In this document: positions 39,353-49,023 of the stretch, in pieces
Position numbering within the stretch: the stretch's first letter is position 1
How the letters are laid out: every line of letters starts with the position of its first letter
Assembly: GCA_044432805.1 (NCBI GenBank)
Contig: JAWXUI010000003.1
Coordinates: 40,013-104,012 of the forward strand
Direction of reading: 5' to 3'
Length of the DNA stretch: 64,000 nt
Source of the DNA: Mycoplasmatota bacterium
GTDB lineage: Bacteria; Bacillota_I; Bacilli_A; RF39; UBA660
The notes under the pieces: generated by a model
What the model saw: only the letters and a program-made list of their open reading frames with translations
What the model was told of the DNA's origin: nothing
Database searches by the model: none
Made by a program: the position numbers and the translations under genes

Positions 39353-42300
39353 ATGTTTGAAAAAATATTTGAAGAAGAAAAAGCAAAAAACATTATAGGT
39401 ATAACAGATGAATTAAAGTGTATATATATAAATAAACTATTTAAAAATAACAAATCAAAATTAGTTGTAACAAACACCTTGTATGAAGCTAATAAATTGT
39501 ATAAATCCATTTCAAATTATCAAAAAAATGTTTACTTATTTCCAATGGATGATTTTTTAACAAGCGAAGCATTAGCAATATCACCTGAATTACTTTATAA
39601 TAGATTAAATACTATAAAAGAAATATTAGGTAATAAACAAATAATAGTCGTTACTAATTTAATGGGATATTTAAGATATTTACCAAAAAAAGACACATTT
39701 GAAAAGTCAAAAATAAAGTTAGAATTAAATCAAACTATAGAACCGAGTACTTTAATAAAGGAATTATTTGATATAGGATATAATAAAGAAATAACTTTAA
39801 ATAAAACCGGAGACATTGCAATTCGGGGTTTTGTCGTGGATATATTTCCGTCTAATGAACAAAATCCAATTAGAATAGAATTTTTTGGAGATGAAATAAC
39901 TTCAATTAGAACATTTGACATAAATACTCAGTTAACAATAAAGGAAATTAAAGATATAATAGTCTTTCCAAATGCTGAATATATAAATAGAGAAACTCCA
40001 GAAACAAAATATAAAAATATTATTAATAAAGAAGGTAAAAATAATATAACTACGTATTTTAACGAAGTAGAAACAATATATATTAATTTACACGAAATAA
40101 AAAACTCATATAAAAATTTATTAGAAGAAATGATTGAATATAAAGAGCAAAATAATGATAAAGATTTTAATTATATGAATTTTTTCGAAGAATTGTATAT
40201 TGACGCTTATGTTTTAGAAACAAATCATAATATAACAAATGAAATATATTCAAACTACGAATCCAAAACAATCGAACCATTTACAAACAATCTAGAACTG
40301 TCAAAACAGAGATTAGTAAAATATTTAACTAAGAATAGAGTTATTATTTGTTTAAGCAACAAATATATAATCAATAATTTAATAGATAAATTTGGAGATA
40401 TAGCAATATTTACAGATGAAAATAATATAGAAGTGTCTAAAATAAATTTAATCATTAAAAATATAGAAAATGGATTCTATTTAAATAATTTAATGGTAAT
40501 AAGCGAAAATGAAATATTAAATAAAAAATGCGAAAGAAATAATTACAAATCAAATTTTAAAATAGGATCAAAAATCAAAAATATTTCAAAATTAGAAATA
40601 GGTGATTTTATAGTTCATAGTAATCATGGAATTGGAAAATATTTAGGTATAAAGAAGATAAGCAAAAATAATTTAGAAAAAGATTATATTGAATTATTAT
40701 ATAAAAATGATGATAAATTATACATACCTGTTGAAAAAATAGATACAATATTTAAATATTCATCAAAAGAAGGAATGACACCACCTCTAAATAATTTAAA
40801 TGGAGTTGAATGGCAAAAAACAAAATTAAAAACTAAAAAACGAATAGAAGAAATGACCATGGAATTACTAGATTTATACGCAAAAAGGGAAGCAGCGATA
40901 GGGTTTCAATTTTTGAAAGATGATGAAAATCAAGTTTTATTTGAAAGTCAGTTTAGATATAAAGAAACACCGGATCAAAATAGAGTTATAAATGAAATAA
41001 AAGAAGACATGCAAAAATCCAGACCAATGGATAGACTACTTTGTGGAGATGTAGGTTATGGAAAAACAGAAGTTGCATTTCGAGCAATAATGAAAGCGAT
41101 ACTCTCAAATAAACAAGCTGCTATACTGTGCCCAACAACAATATTGTCAAAACAACATTTTGATAATGCGATTGAAAGATTCAAAACATTTCCGATAAAT
41201 ATAAGTGTAATAAATCGTTTTTTAAAAACAAAGGAATTAAACAAAGAAATCGATAAAATAAAAGAAGGAAAAGTAGATTTGATAATAGGTACCCATAGAA
41301 TATTAAGTGATGATATTAAATTTAAAGATTTAGGATTATTAGTTATAGATGAAGAACAAAGATTTGGAGTTAAACACAAAGAAAAGATAAAACAATTAAA
41401 AAATAATATAGACGTCTTAACTTTGTCAGCTACTCCAATCCCAAGGACTTTACAAATGTCTATGACAGGAGTAAGAAATTTGTCATTAATTGAAACTCCG
41501 CCAGTAAATAAATTACCAATATCAACTTATGTAATGGCAGAGAATAATCAAATAATAAAAGATGCCATTAATAAGGAATTAATAAGAAATGGTCAAGTAT
41601 TTATTTTATATAATAGAATAGAAGATATTGAAAGCAAAAGACAAGAAATAAAAAATCTAGTTCCAGAAGCTAAAATAGCTATAGCTCATGGAAAACTAAC
41701 AAAAGAAAAATTAGAAGAAATAATGTTTGAATTTATAAACCATCATTATGATGTATTATTATGTACGACTATTATAGAAACAGGCATAGATATCCCAAGA
41801 GCAAATACATTAATTATATATGATGCAGATAGATTTGGTTTATCTCAACTTTATCAAATAAGAGGAAGAGTTGGAAGATCAAATAGAATTGCATACTGTT
41901 ATTTAATGTATGATAAAAGAAAAATATTATCTGAAATTGCAACGAAAAGATTGAATGTCATAAAAGATTTTACTCAATTAGGAAGTGGATTTGCTATTGC
42001 AATGCGTGATATGTCTTTAAGAGGTGCTGGTGATATTTTAGGTCAACAGCAAGCAGGGTTTATTGACTCTATTGGAACTGAATTATTTTTAAAGATGTTA
42101 AATGAAGAAATACAGAGACAAAAGGGTATAGAAATAAAAGAAGATGAAAATATATTACCATTAATAGATGTTTCAACAAGTATAAGTGATGATTATGTAA
42201 TGGAAAGCGAATTAAAAATAGAAATACATAAACTAATTAATCAAATTAACGATAAAGAATCTTTAGAATTTATAAAAGAGCAAATAGAAGATAGATTCGG

Positions 42301-42604
42301 AAAAATAAGCGATGACATGATAATATATATGCACCAAGAATGGTTTGAAAAATTATCTAAAGATATAAAAATAGAAAAAGTAAGCCAAAATAAGAATAGT
42401 GTAGAAATAACACTAAGCATAGAATTAACAAAAAAGATAGATGGGGAAAAACTTTTTATGGATGTTATGGATTTATCTAGGATGTTTAGATTTTCAATGA
42501 AATTTAATCGCCTAATTATAACTCTAGACACTATAAAATTAGATAAACATTTTATATATTATTTAATTAATCTAGTAAAGATAATAAAAAATTCAATTAA
42601 CTAA
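39353..42604 (+). CDS. mfd: Transcription-repair coupling factor.
   Basis: 1083 aa with a UvrB-homology region, a DEEQ superfamily 2 helicase core and a TRG motif. Confidence 0.95.
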   Translation: MFEKIFEEEKAKNIIGITDELKCIYINKLFKNNKSKLVVTNTLYEANKLYKSISNYQKNVYLFPMDDFLTSEALAISPELLYNRLNTIKEILGNKQIIVVTNLMGYLRYLPKKDTFEKSKIKLELNQTIEPSTLIKELFDIGYNKEITLNKTGDIAIRGFVVDIFPSNEQNPIRIEFFGDEITSIRTFDINTQLTIKEIKDIIVFPNAEYINRETPETKYKNIINKEGKNNITTYFNEVETIYINLHEIKNSYKNLLEEMIEYKEQNNDKDFNYMNFFEELYIDAYVLETNHNITNEIYSNYESKTIEPFTNNLELSKQRLVKYLTKNRVIICLSNKYIINNLIDKFGDIAIFTDENNIEVSKINLIIKNIENGFYLNNLMVISENEILNKKCERNNYKSNFKIGSKIKNISKLEIGDFIVHSNHGIGKYLGIKKISKNNLEKDYIELLYKNDDKLYIPVEKIDTIFKYSSKEGMTPPLNNLNGVEWQKTKLKTKKRIEEMTMELLDLYAKREAAIGFQFLKDDENQVLFESQFRYKETPDQNRVINEIKEDMQKSRPMDRLLCGDVGYGKTEVAFRAIMKAILSNKQAAILCPTTILSKQHFDNAIERFKTFPINISVINRFLKTKELNKEIDKIKEGKVDLIIGTHRILSDDIKFKDLGLLVIDEEQRFGVKHKEKIKQLKNNIDVLTLSATPIPRTLQMSMTGVRNLSLIETPPVNKLPISTYVMAENNQIIKDAINKELIRNGQVFILYNRIEDIESKRQEIKNLVPEAKIAIAHGKLTKEKLEEIMFEFINHHYDVLLCTTIIETGIDIPRANTLIIYDADRFGLSQLYQIRGRVGRSNRIAYCYLMYDKRKILSEIATKRLNVIKDFTQLGSGFAIAMRDMSLRGAGDILGQQQAGFIDSIGTELFLKMLNEEIQRQKGIEIKEDENILPLIDVSTSISDDYVMESELKIEIHKLINQINDKESLEFIKEQIEDRFGKISDDMIIYMHQEWFEKLSKDIKIEKVSQNKNSVEITLSIELTKKIDGEKLFMDVMDLSRMFRFSMKFNRLIITLDTIKLDKHFIYYLINLVKIIKNSIN

Positions 42605-42610
42605 AAAAAA

Positions 42611-42637
42611 GGAACCTAAAGAGGTTCTTTTAATCTA
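42611..42637. terminator. Bidirectional intrinsic terminator between the convergent mfd and CBS-pyrophosphatase genes.
   Basis: AAAAAAAA GGAACC TAAAGA GGTTC TTTT: the hairpin is flanked by an A-run on one side and a T-run on the other. Confidence 0.6.
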
Positions 42638-44258
42638 TTTTATTTTCTAAAATATAAGGAATAACTTGTAATTTTCTTGAAACGACACCGGGCAGAAATG
42701 TTCCTTGTTTAATTTCTTTCAAATTAAAACTTTTTTCTAACAATTCTTTAGCAGAATTATTGAATAAGACATAAGAACCATTATTTAAAATATCAGTTAT
42801 AAATAGGGCAGTAAGAACTTGTTCATTATGGATACTAATAGATTCAATTGTTTTAATAAAGTCTTCTTTGTTCTCTAAAATTTCTTCTGGAACAGTTGTA
42901 CTAATTTGTCCTATTCCTATTTTCGAATTAAACAATGGGTAAATTTTATAATCTTGGTGTATAATTTCATCTACTGACTTATCTTTTAAAGTGGAACCAG
43001 CTTTTATTAATTTGAAACCATATTCTTTATAATCGATGCCAGCTATTTTTGATAATTTTTCTACAGCATCAATATCTAATTTAGTAGTGGTTGGAGATTT
43101 TAAAATTAATGTATCAGAAATAATGCCAGATACCATTAATCCCGCTATATTTGATGGTATATTAATGTTATTTTCATTAAATATTTGGAAAATAATAGTG
43201 TTGGTAGACCCAACCGGCATATTTCTAAAACTAATAGGCATAGTAGTTGCAATATTACCAATATTATGGTGATCAATTACTTCTAAAATTTCAGCTTCTT
43301 CAATTCCTTCTATAGATTGAGAAATAGTATTATGATCAACTAAAATAACTTTCTTTTTATTTATTTCATTTAAATCAGACAACCTTATAATACCATAGCA
43401 TTTATTTTGCTTATCTATAACAGGATAATAACTGTGTTTTGTTTTGTTTGCCAAAGCAATAAAGTCACTTACATTATCTAAAATATCAACAGTTTTATAA
43501 TCAAACTTAGATGAAATAGTACTTATTCTATTAGATAAACTTATAATTTTAGAAACCTTTAAAGTTAAAAGCGAAGTTTTTATAATATTTACTTTGTTCT
43601 TATAAGCGATTTCTATATGTTTTTCTTTTATTTGCGAATCACCAGTTAGTATTATAAGTTTAACTTTGCTATTAACTGCATATTCTATAATGCTATGTCT
43701 ATCACCAACAATTAAAATATCATTTTCATCTAAATTGACATTTTCCATAAAAGTTGTACTCTTTAATGAAGCAATTACCAAATTACCTTTAATGTTATTA
43801 TCAAATTTTAAAACAGAAGTAGCGTTTAAAACATCTTTAATATCATCAAAATTAGTATCTAATTTATCATAATTACCTTCTAATTGATCTTTTGCAATTG
43901 ATTTCATACTTAGAATTCCATTAAAATTATTATCAACATCAACAACAGGTATTTTGCTCAAATTTTCTTTTTGCATCATTTGATAACCTTTAAAAATAGA
44001 AAAATTTTCATTTATAAAATAGTCTTTAACATAATTTACGTCTTTTAATTTAATCTTAACATCGTTTAAAAATTTTGGCTTATCTATTCCAAAATAATCA
44101 AGTGCAAAAGTTGATTCATTATTAATGTCACTTATTGCAACTGCTTCAGTATTAAATCCTAGTTTGTTTTTTAGATATGATAAAGCAATTGAAGCACTTA
44201 TACTATCCGTATCCGGTTTTCTATGTCCAAATATATATGTTTTTTCCAAAAATATCAC
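42630..44258 (-). CDS. ppaC: CBS-domain-containing family II (DHH) inorganic pyrophosphatase.
   Basis: It has the N-terminal DHH motif GHRKPDTDSI, a central tandem CBS insert and a C-terminal DHHA2 domain. The 542-aa length fits CBS-pyrophosphatases. Confidence 0.75.
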   Translation of the reverse strand: MIFLEKTYIFGHRKPDTDSISASIALSYLKNKLGFNTEAVAISDINNESTFALDYFGIDKPKFLNDVKIKLKDVNYVKDYFINENFSIFKGYQMMQKENLSKIPVVDVDNNFNGILSMKSIAKDQLEGNYDKLDTNFDDIKDVLNATSVLKFDNNIKGNLVIASLKSTTFMENVNLDENDILIVGDRHSIIEYAVNSKVKLIILTGDSQIKEKHIEIAYKNKVNIIKTSLLTLKVSKIISLSNRISTISSKFDYKTVDILDNVSDFIALANKTKHSYYPVIDKQNKCYGIIRLSDLNEINKKKVILVDHNTISQSIEGIEEAEILEVIDHHNIGNIATTMPISFRNMPVGSTNTIIFQIFNENNINIPSNIAGLMVSGIISDTLILKSPTTTKLDIDAVEKLSKIAGIDYKEYGFKLIKAGSTLKDKSVDEIIHQDYKIYPLFNSKIGIGQISTTVPEEILENKEDFIKTIESISIHNEQVLTALFITDILNNGSYVLFNNSAKELLEKSFNLKEIKQGTFLPGVVSRKLQVIPYILENKID

Positions 44259-44309
44259 TCCAATTTCTAAAACATTATAGCATTATTTTAAAAAAAAACA
44301 AAAAAACTT

Positions 44310-44768
44310 TTAATAAAGTTTCTTTTTTTTAAATTTTGATTCAAATAATTCTTTCAATTCACTGCAGTAATTAACTTTTTTTCTAGCTTTTTGAAGATCA
44401 GTGGAATATTTAAAATATATTTTATCAAAAGTAGAAACAGAAGCTAGTTTATTATTATGATATGCTTCATCACCTCTATAAAGTATGTTATTCATTCTTG
44501 CTTCTAAAGTTTCAATAGAAGATGTAGCTGCACTAATACTTCTGTCAAGCATTTCGATATTAACTAAAAGTTCTTCCTCGCTATATTCATCCAAACTTTG
44601 CTCAATCAAAGCTTCGTTATTGTTTGTTTTTACATATAACAAACTCATTTTTTTAGTTATTTGTTCTAATTCAACACTAGAAATTGTAGGTTTATATTTT
44701 TCTTTAGAAAGTTCATCAATCATCAAAAATAATTGAACTTGTTTATTTATAATTTCAGCCAAATCCAT
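44310..44768 (-). CDS. Hypothetical protein (predicted coiled-coil).
   Basis: 152 aa with a clean ORF. I recognised no motifs. Confidence 0.4.
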   Translation of the reverse strand: MDLAEIINKQVQLFLMIDELSKEKYKPTISSVELEQITKKMSLLYVKTNNNEALIEQSLDEYSEEELLVNIEMLDRSISAATSSIETLEARMNNILYRGDEAYHNNKLASVSTFDKIYFKYSTDLQKARKKVNYCSELKELFESKFKKKKLY

Positions 44769-44869
44769 GTCGCAACTCCTTTAAAATATATAATATAATA
44801 TATATTTAAATAAGTAAAGTATATATTTTTATAAAATGATAAAACTAAAAAAGAAAAAGGAGTAATATT

Positions 44870-45391
44870 ATGGGAACAGGAATAGTAAGAAGAGTAGATG
44901 AACTAGGTAGAATCGTGATACCAAAAGAAATTAGAAAATCATTTAGAATAAAAGATGGTGAAACAGTAGAAATAAGTATAAATGACGAAGGAATTATATT
45001 AAAGAAACATTCTTTTTTAAACAAAATAAATGACATAGCATCTTATTTAGTGTGCTCTATATATAATAATGTAAAACAAACAATAATAATAACGGACTTA
45101 AATAAAGTAATAGCATCTTCAAAAAATGTTAAAAATGATTATTTAAATAAAGAAATAAGTAATGAATTATTTAATATTATAAATAATAGAAAAGATATCT
45201 TAAATAATTATAATGAAAAAATAAAAATAATTAATGAAAAAATACAAATCAACTATTATATTAGACCATTAATAGTAAATGGGGATGTTGTTGGATCGAT
45301 TATATTATTTGATGATAATTTTATAAAAGAAGATACAATAAAAATTGTAACAATAGCGAATGACTTTTTAGAAAAATATCTTGAAATATAA
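44870..45391 (+). CDS. spoVT: SpoVT/AbrB-family transcriptional regulator with a C-terminal GAF-like domain (SpoVT-like).
   Basis: It has the N-terminal swapped-hairpin motif MGTGIVRRVDELGRIVIPKEIR and is 173 aa long (SpoVT is 178 aa). Its position next to mfd matches Bacillus, though a ppaC-plus-unknown-gene insert separates them here. Confidence 0.75.
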   Translation: MGTGIVRRVDELGRIVIPKEIRKSFRIKDGETVEISINDEGIILKKHSFLNKINDIASYLVCSIYNNVKQTIIITDLNKVIASSKNVKNDYLNKEISNELFNIINNRKDILNNYNEKIKIINEKIQINYYIRPLIVNGDVVGSIILFDDNFIKEDTIKIVTIANDFLEKYLEI

Positions 45392-45439
45392 AGATAAATA
45401 TGATATATTAGTTTCATAAAAATTTTGAAAGAAAGAAAT

Positions 45440-45640
45440 ATATTATTCTTTTTAAAGAGAGTTTGTGAATGCTGAAAACAAATAAAAGAAAATATATTAA
45501 ATGGTTCTGGAATCGCTTAATCTAATAGGTTAAGACGTTTAATGCCCGTTAAGCATTTAAGGTGCATATTGCATAAATTAAGGTGGTACCACGTATTACA
45601 CGTCCTTATCTGGAGGTGTTTTTATATGCAAATAAAGGAG
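45440..45640 (+). promoter_or_regulatory. T-box riboswitch leader of metG.
   Basis: The T-box core AATTAAGGTGGTACCACG lies at 45576-45593. It is followed by the terminator hairpin ACACGTCC…GGAGGTGT plus TTTTTA. The metG RBS and start codon follow immediately. Confidence 0.7.
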
Positions 45641-45646
45641 AATTTT

Positions 45647-47200
45647 ATGAAAAAATTTTATTTATCAACAGCAATTGCTTATACTTCTTCAAAACCTCAT
45701 ATTGGAAATACATATGAAATAGTATTGGCAGACGCTATAGCAAGGTTTAAAAGATTAGAAGGATATGATGTTTACTTTCAAACCGGAACAGATGAACACG
45801 GAGAAAAAATAGAGCAAAAAGCAAAAGAAAACAATGTATTAACACAAGAATACGTTGATGAAATTGCACTGGAAGTAAGAAGAATTTGGGATGTTATGAA
45901 CACAAGTTATGATAAATTTGTAAGAACAACAAATCCAAGTCACAAGGAAACTGTTTCTAAAATATTTAAAAAACTTTATGATCAAGGAGATATTTATAAA
46001 GGATATTATGAGGGTCATTATTGTACTCCATGTGAATCTTTTTTCACAGAATCACAATTAGTAGACGGAAAATGTCCTGATTGTCATAGAGAAGTAATAA
46101 CAAATAAAGAAGAAGCTTATTTTTTGAAATTATCTAATTATGCAAAATGGTTAGAAGAATATATAGAAGCAAACCCAAAATTTATTCAACCTGAAAGCAG
46201 AAAAAATGAAATAGTAAATAATTTTATAAAACCAGGATTACAAGATTTATGTGTTAGTCGTACATCTTTTAAATGGGGTGTTCCAGTTAGTTTTGATGAA
46301 AAACACGTAGTATATGTATGGATCGATGCACTTAGCAACTACATTACATTTTTAGGTTATACACCAGAAGAACAAACAGAAACATTTAAACAATATTGGC
46401 CATGTGATGTTCATATAATAGGAAAAGATATATTAAGATTCCATACTATTTATTGGCCTGTTATACTAAAAGCATTAGATTTAGAAATGCCAAAACAAAT
46501 ATTTGGACACCCATGGGTTATGTTTGATAACGATAAAATGAGTAAATCAAAAGGAAATGTTTGTTTTGCTGATGAATTGGTAAATTTATTTGGAGTAGAT
46601 GCAATAAGATATTATTTTTTACACGAAATTCCTTTTGCGCAAGATGGTAATTTTACGTTAGAATTATTAATAGAAAGAATCAACTCTGATTTAGCAAATG
46701 TTTTAGGAAATTTAGTAAACAGAACAATATCTATGTCGCAAAAATATTTTGATGGAGTAGTATTGAATCCTAAAGTGTATGAAGATATAGATTTTGAATT
46801 AATAGATTTAGTAAAAGATACAAAAGAAAAAGCAATTAATTATATGAATGAATATAAAGTTACTGATGCACTTGATTCAATCTTCGATATTTTTAGAAGA
46901 TGTAACAAATATATTGATGAAACAACACCTTGGATTTTGGCAAAAGAAGAGAGCAAAAAAGATAGATTAGCGACAGTTTTATACAATTTATTAGAAAGCA
47001 TAAGACAAGGAGCTGTACTTTTAAGCCCATTCTTACCAGATACGTCACAAAAAATATTTCATCAACTAAACACTCAAAATATGTCAATGGATTCATTAGA
47101 AGATTTTGATGGTTTAGATTTAGAAATAAAATTAAACAATCCAGTACCGTTATTCATAAGAATAGATAAAGAAGAAAGATTAAAAGAACTAGGAAACTAG
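45647..47200 (+). CDS. metG: Methionyl-tRNA synthetase.
   Basis: It reads MKKFYLSTAIAYTSSKPHIGNTYE (a HIGN class-I motif), has KMSKS and CPDC-type zinc knuckles, and follows an AAAGGAG RBS. The track start at 45542 lies inside the T-box leader. Confidence 0.95.
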   Translation: MKKFYLSTAIAYTSSKPHIGNTYEIVLADAIARFKRLEGYDVYFQTGTDEHGEKIEQKAKENNVLTQEYVDEIALEVRRIWDVMNTSYDKFVRTTNPSHKETVSKIFKKLYDQGDIYKGYYEGHYCTPCESFFTESQLVDGKCPDCHREVITNKEEAYFLKLSNYAKWLEEYIEANPKFIQPESRKNEIVNNFIKPGLQDLCVSRTSFKWGVPVSFDEKHVVYVWIDALSNYITFLGYTPEEQTETFKQYWPCDVHIIGKDILRFHTIYWPVILKALDLEMPKQIFGHPWVMFDNDKMSKSKGNVCFADELVNLFGVDAIRYYFLHEIPFAQDGNFTLELLIERINSDLANVLGNLVNRTISMSQKYFDGVVLNPKVYEDIDFELIDLVKDTKEKAINYMNEYKVTDALDSIFDIFRRCNKYIDETTPWILAKEESKKDRLATVLYNLLESIRQGAVLLSPFLPDTSQKIFHQLNTQNMSMDSLEDFDGLDLEIKLNNPVPLFIRIDKEERLKELGN

Positions 47201-47309
47201 TTTTTTTGTAAATTAGTGTAAAATGTCGAATTTAAATGCACTGTTTTTATTGAATTATAAAAGGAATAAGTATATATTTAGTTTAGAGCGTGTTAAAAAG
47301 GGGTATTAA

Positions 47310-47468
47310 ATGCTAAAATCCGAAAATAGGGTGTTGTTGGTAATAGTTGTAACTGCAAGTTGTTTATTAATGATTTCTGCTTTATTCTATACTTTGGAGT
47401 ATATTGATTTGCTATATTTTTTAACTACGATATTTTTAATTATCAAATATTTAATGATTAAAAACTAA
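47310..47468 (+). CDS. Possible small membrane peptide (52 aa).
   Basis: MLKSENRVLLVIVVTASCLLMISALFYTLEYIDLLYFLTTIFLIIKYLMIKN. It has an AAAAGGGG RBS 6 nt upstream and lies in the metG-tatD gap. It is below the ORF-track size cut-off. Confidence 0.25.
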   Translation: MLKSENRVLLVIVVTASCLLMISALFYTLEYIDLLYFLTTIFLIIKYLMIKN

Positions 47469-47509
47469 AAAAAGGTTATAATGTGTTATAATCTTTTTTA
47501 GGTGATTAC

Positions 47510-48265
47510 ATGTACATAGATACTCATTGTCATATTAGCAAAAAAGAATATGATGTAAAATTATTAGCAAAAGAATTAAAAGAAAATATTATATTTATTT
47601 CTGGAAGTGATAAAGAATCTAATCTAGAAGTATTAGACTTATCAAGTGAATATAAAAATTTTCGTGGATTAATAGGTTACCATCCTCTTGATGTAGATAA
47701 TTTAGAGGATAAAGATTTAGAAATATTGGAGCAACAAATAATAAATAATAAGATTATTGGAATCGGAGAAATAGGATTAGATTATTATTACAGAAAAGAT
47801 AACAAAGAAAAACAAATTTATTTTTTCAAAAAACAAATAGAACTTGCAAGAAAATATAATCTACCAATAGTGGTTCACATTAGAGAAAGTATACAAGATG
47901 CATATGATATATTAAAAGAAGAAAAAAATTTAAAAATTGTGGTGCACATGTTTAGTGGAAGTGTTGAAATGGCCAATAATTTTATTAAATTAGGCGCAAA
48001 ACTCGGTGTTGGAGGCGTAGTTACATTTAAAAATTCAAAAAACATAAAATTAATAGTAGAAAATATAGATTTAAAATACATATTACTAGAGACAGACTGT
48101 CCATATATTTCACCAGAACCGTTTAGGGGACAACTAAATACACCATTGAACATACCTATAATTGCAGAAAAAATCGCTGAATTAAAACAAGTTACAAAAG
48201 AAGAAGTTTTCTTAGTGACGACGCAAAATGCAATCGAGCAATTTGACTTAAAAGACATTTTATGA
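47510..48265 (+). CDS. tatD: TatD-family deoxyribonuclease (YabD).
   Basis: It starts MYIDTHCHI and has the conserved His and Asp metal ligands. Confidence 0.9.
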   Translation: MYIDTHCHISKKEYDVKLLAKELKENIIFISGSDKESNLEVLDLSSEYKNFRGLIGYHPLDVDNLEDKDLEILEQQIINNKIIGIGEIGLDYYYRKDNKEKQIYFFKKQIELARKYNLPIVVHIRESIQDAYDILKEEKNLKIVVHMFSGSVEMANNFIKLGAKLGVGGVVTFKNSKNIKLIVENIDLKYILLETDCPYISPEPFRGQLNTPLNIPIIAEKIAELKQVTKEEVFLVTTQNAIEQFDLKDIL

Positions 48266-48295
48266 TATTATTTTAATACATTTGAGGTGAAATAA

Positions 48296-48985
48296 ATGAA
48301 TTTTTATTTACTGGATTTAATTGGTAAATGGATAAAGTTAGCGGCAATAAGTTTTCTGTCGATATTTAACTTTTATAGTTATCAAGAAGTCCAAATTAAT
48401 AACGAAAATATAACCAGCTCATCAACTATAGGTCAAGTTGTATACTACGAAACTGAATATATATATAATAGTAGTCTACCAACAGGAACTACCAATGTAG
48501 TAACATTAGGTCAAAACGGATATTACGTCACAAAAGAAGACGGAACATTACAAGAATTAGAAGCAACCATAAATGAAGTTTTAGAAGTTGGAGCTGGATC
48601 AATTGGAGAATATACTGGATCTTTAACAAATTATGGACCGGACTGTTATGGATGTAGTGCCGTAGGAAATGTTGCTTGCTTTACTAAAGAAGGGCAAAAC
48701 TTAAGTTTATATAACCAAATATATTATGACGATTATCAATATGGAATGGTTAGAATACTGGCAGCAGACCTCTCTCAATTTCCATGTGGGACTATTGTTT
48801 TAGTTTCTAGAGGAACAGAAATGTTTTATGGTGTTGTATTGGATACAGGTAGTGCCATGAGAAATGCATGGGATGAAGGATATGTATTAATGGATTTAGC
48901 GCATTTTTCTTCATATGATGCAATATATAATAATACAATAAACGGAAGCGGTGTGAGCTTTGAAGTCGTAAGATGGGGATGGTAA
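48296..48985 (+). CDS. YabE-like 3D-domain (G5/3D) cell-wall binding protein.
   Basis: It has a C-terminal 3D-domain segment, GTIVLVSRGTEMFYGVVLDTGSAMR, and an N-terminal TM or signal segment. It lies between tatD and ksgA, as yabE does in Bacillus. Confidence 0.6.
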   Translation: MNFYLLDLIGKWIKLAAISFLSIFNFYSYQEVQINNENITSSSTIGQVVYYETEYIYNSSLPTGTTNVVTLGQNGYYVTKEDGTLQELEATINEVLEVGAGSIGEYTGSLTNYGPDCYGCSAVGNVACFTKEGQNLSLYNQIYYDDYQYGMVRILAADLSQFPCGTIVLVSRGTEMFYGVVLDTGSAMRNAWDEGYVLMDLAHFSSYDAIYNNTINGSGVSFEVVRWGW

Positions 48986-49023
48986 ATTCCCTTTTATGTT
49001 GTAAAAAAAGAAAGAGTGATTAA

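Noticed and set aside
45542-45646. The ORF-track 5' extension of metG.
   Set aside because: It overlaps the T-box leader and its terminator. The conserved MetRS N-terminus and a strong RBS begin at 45647.
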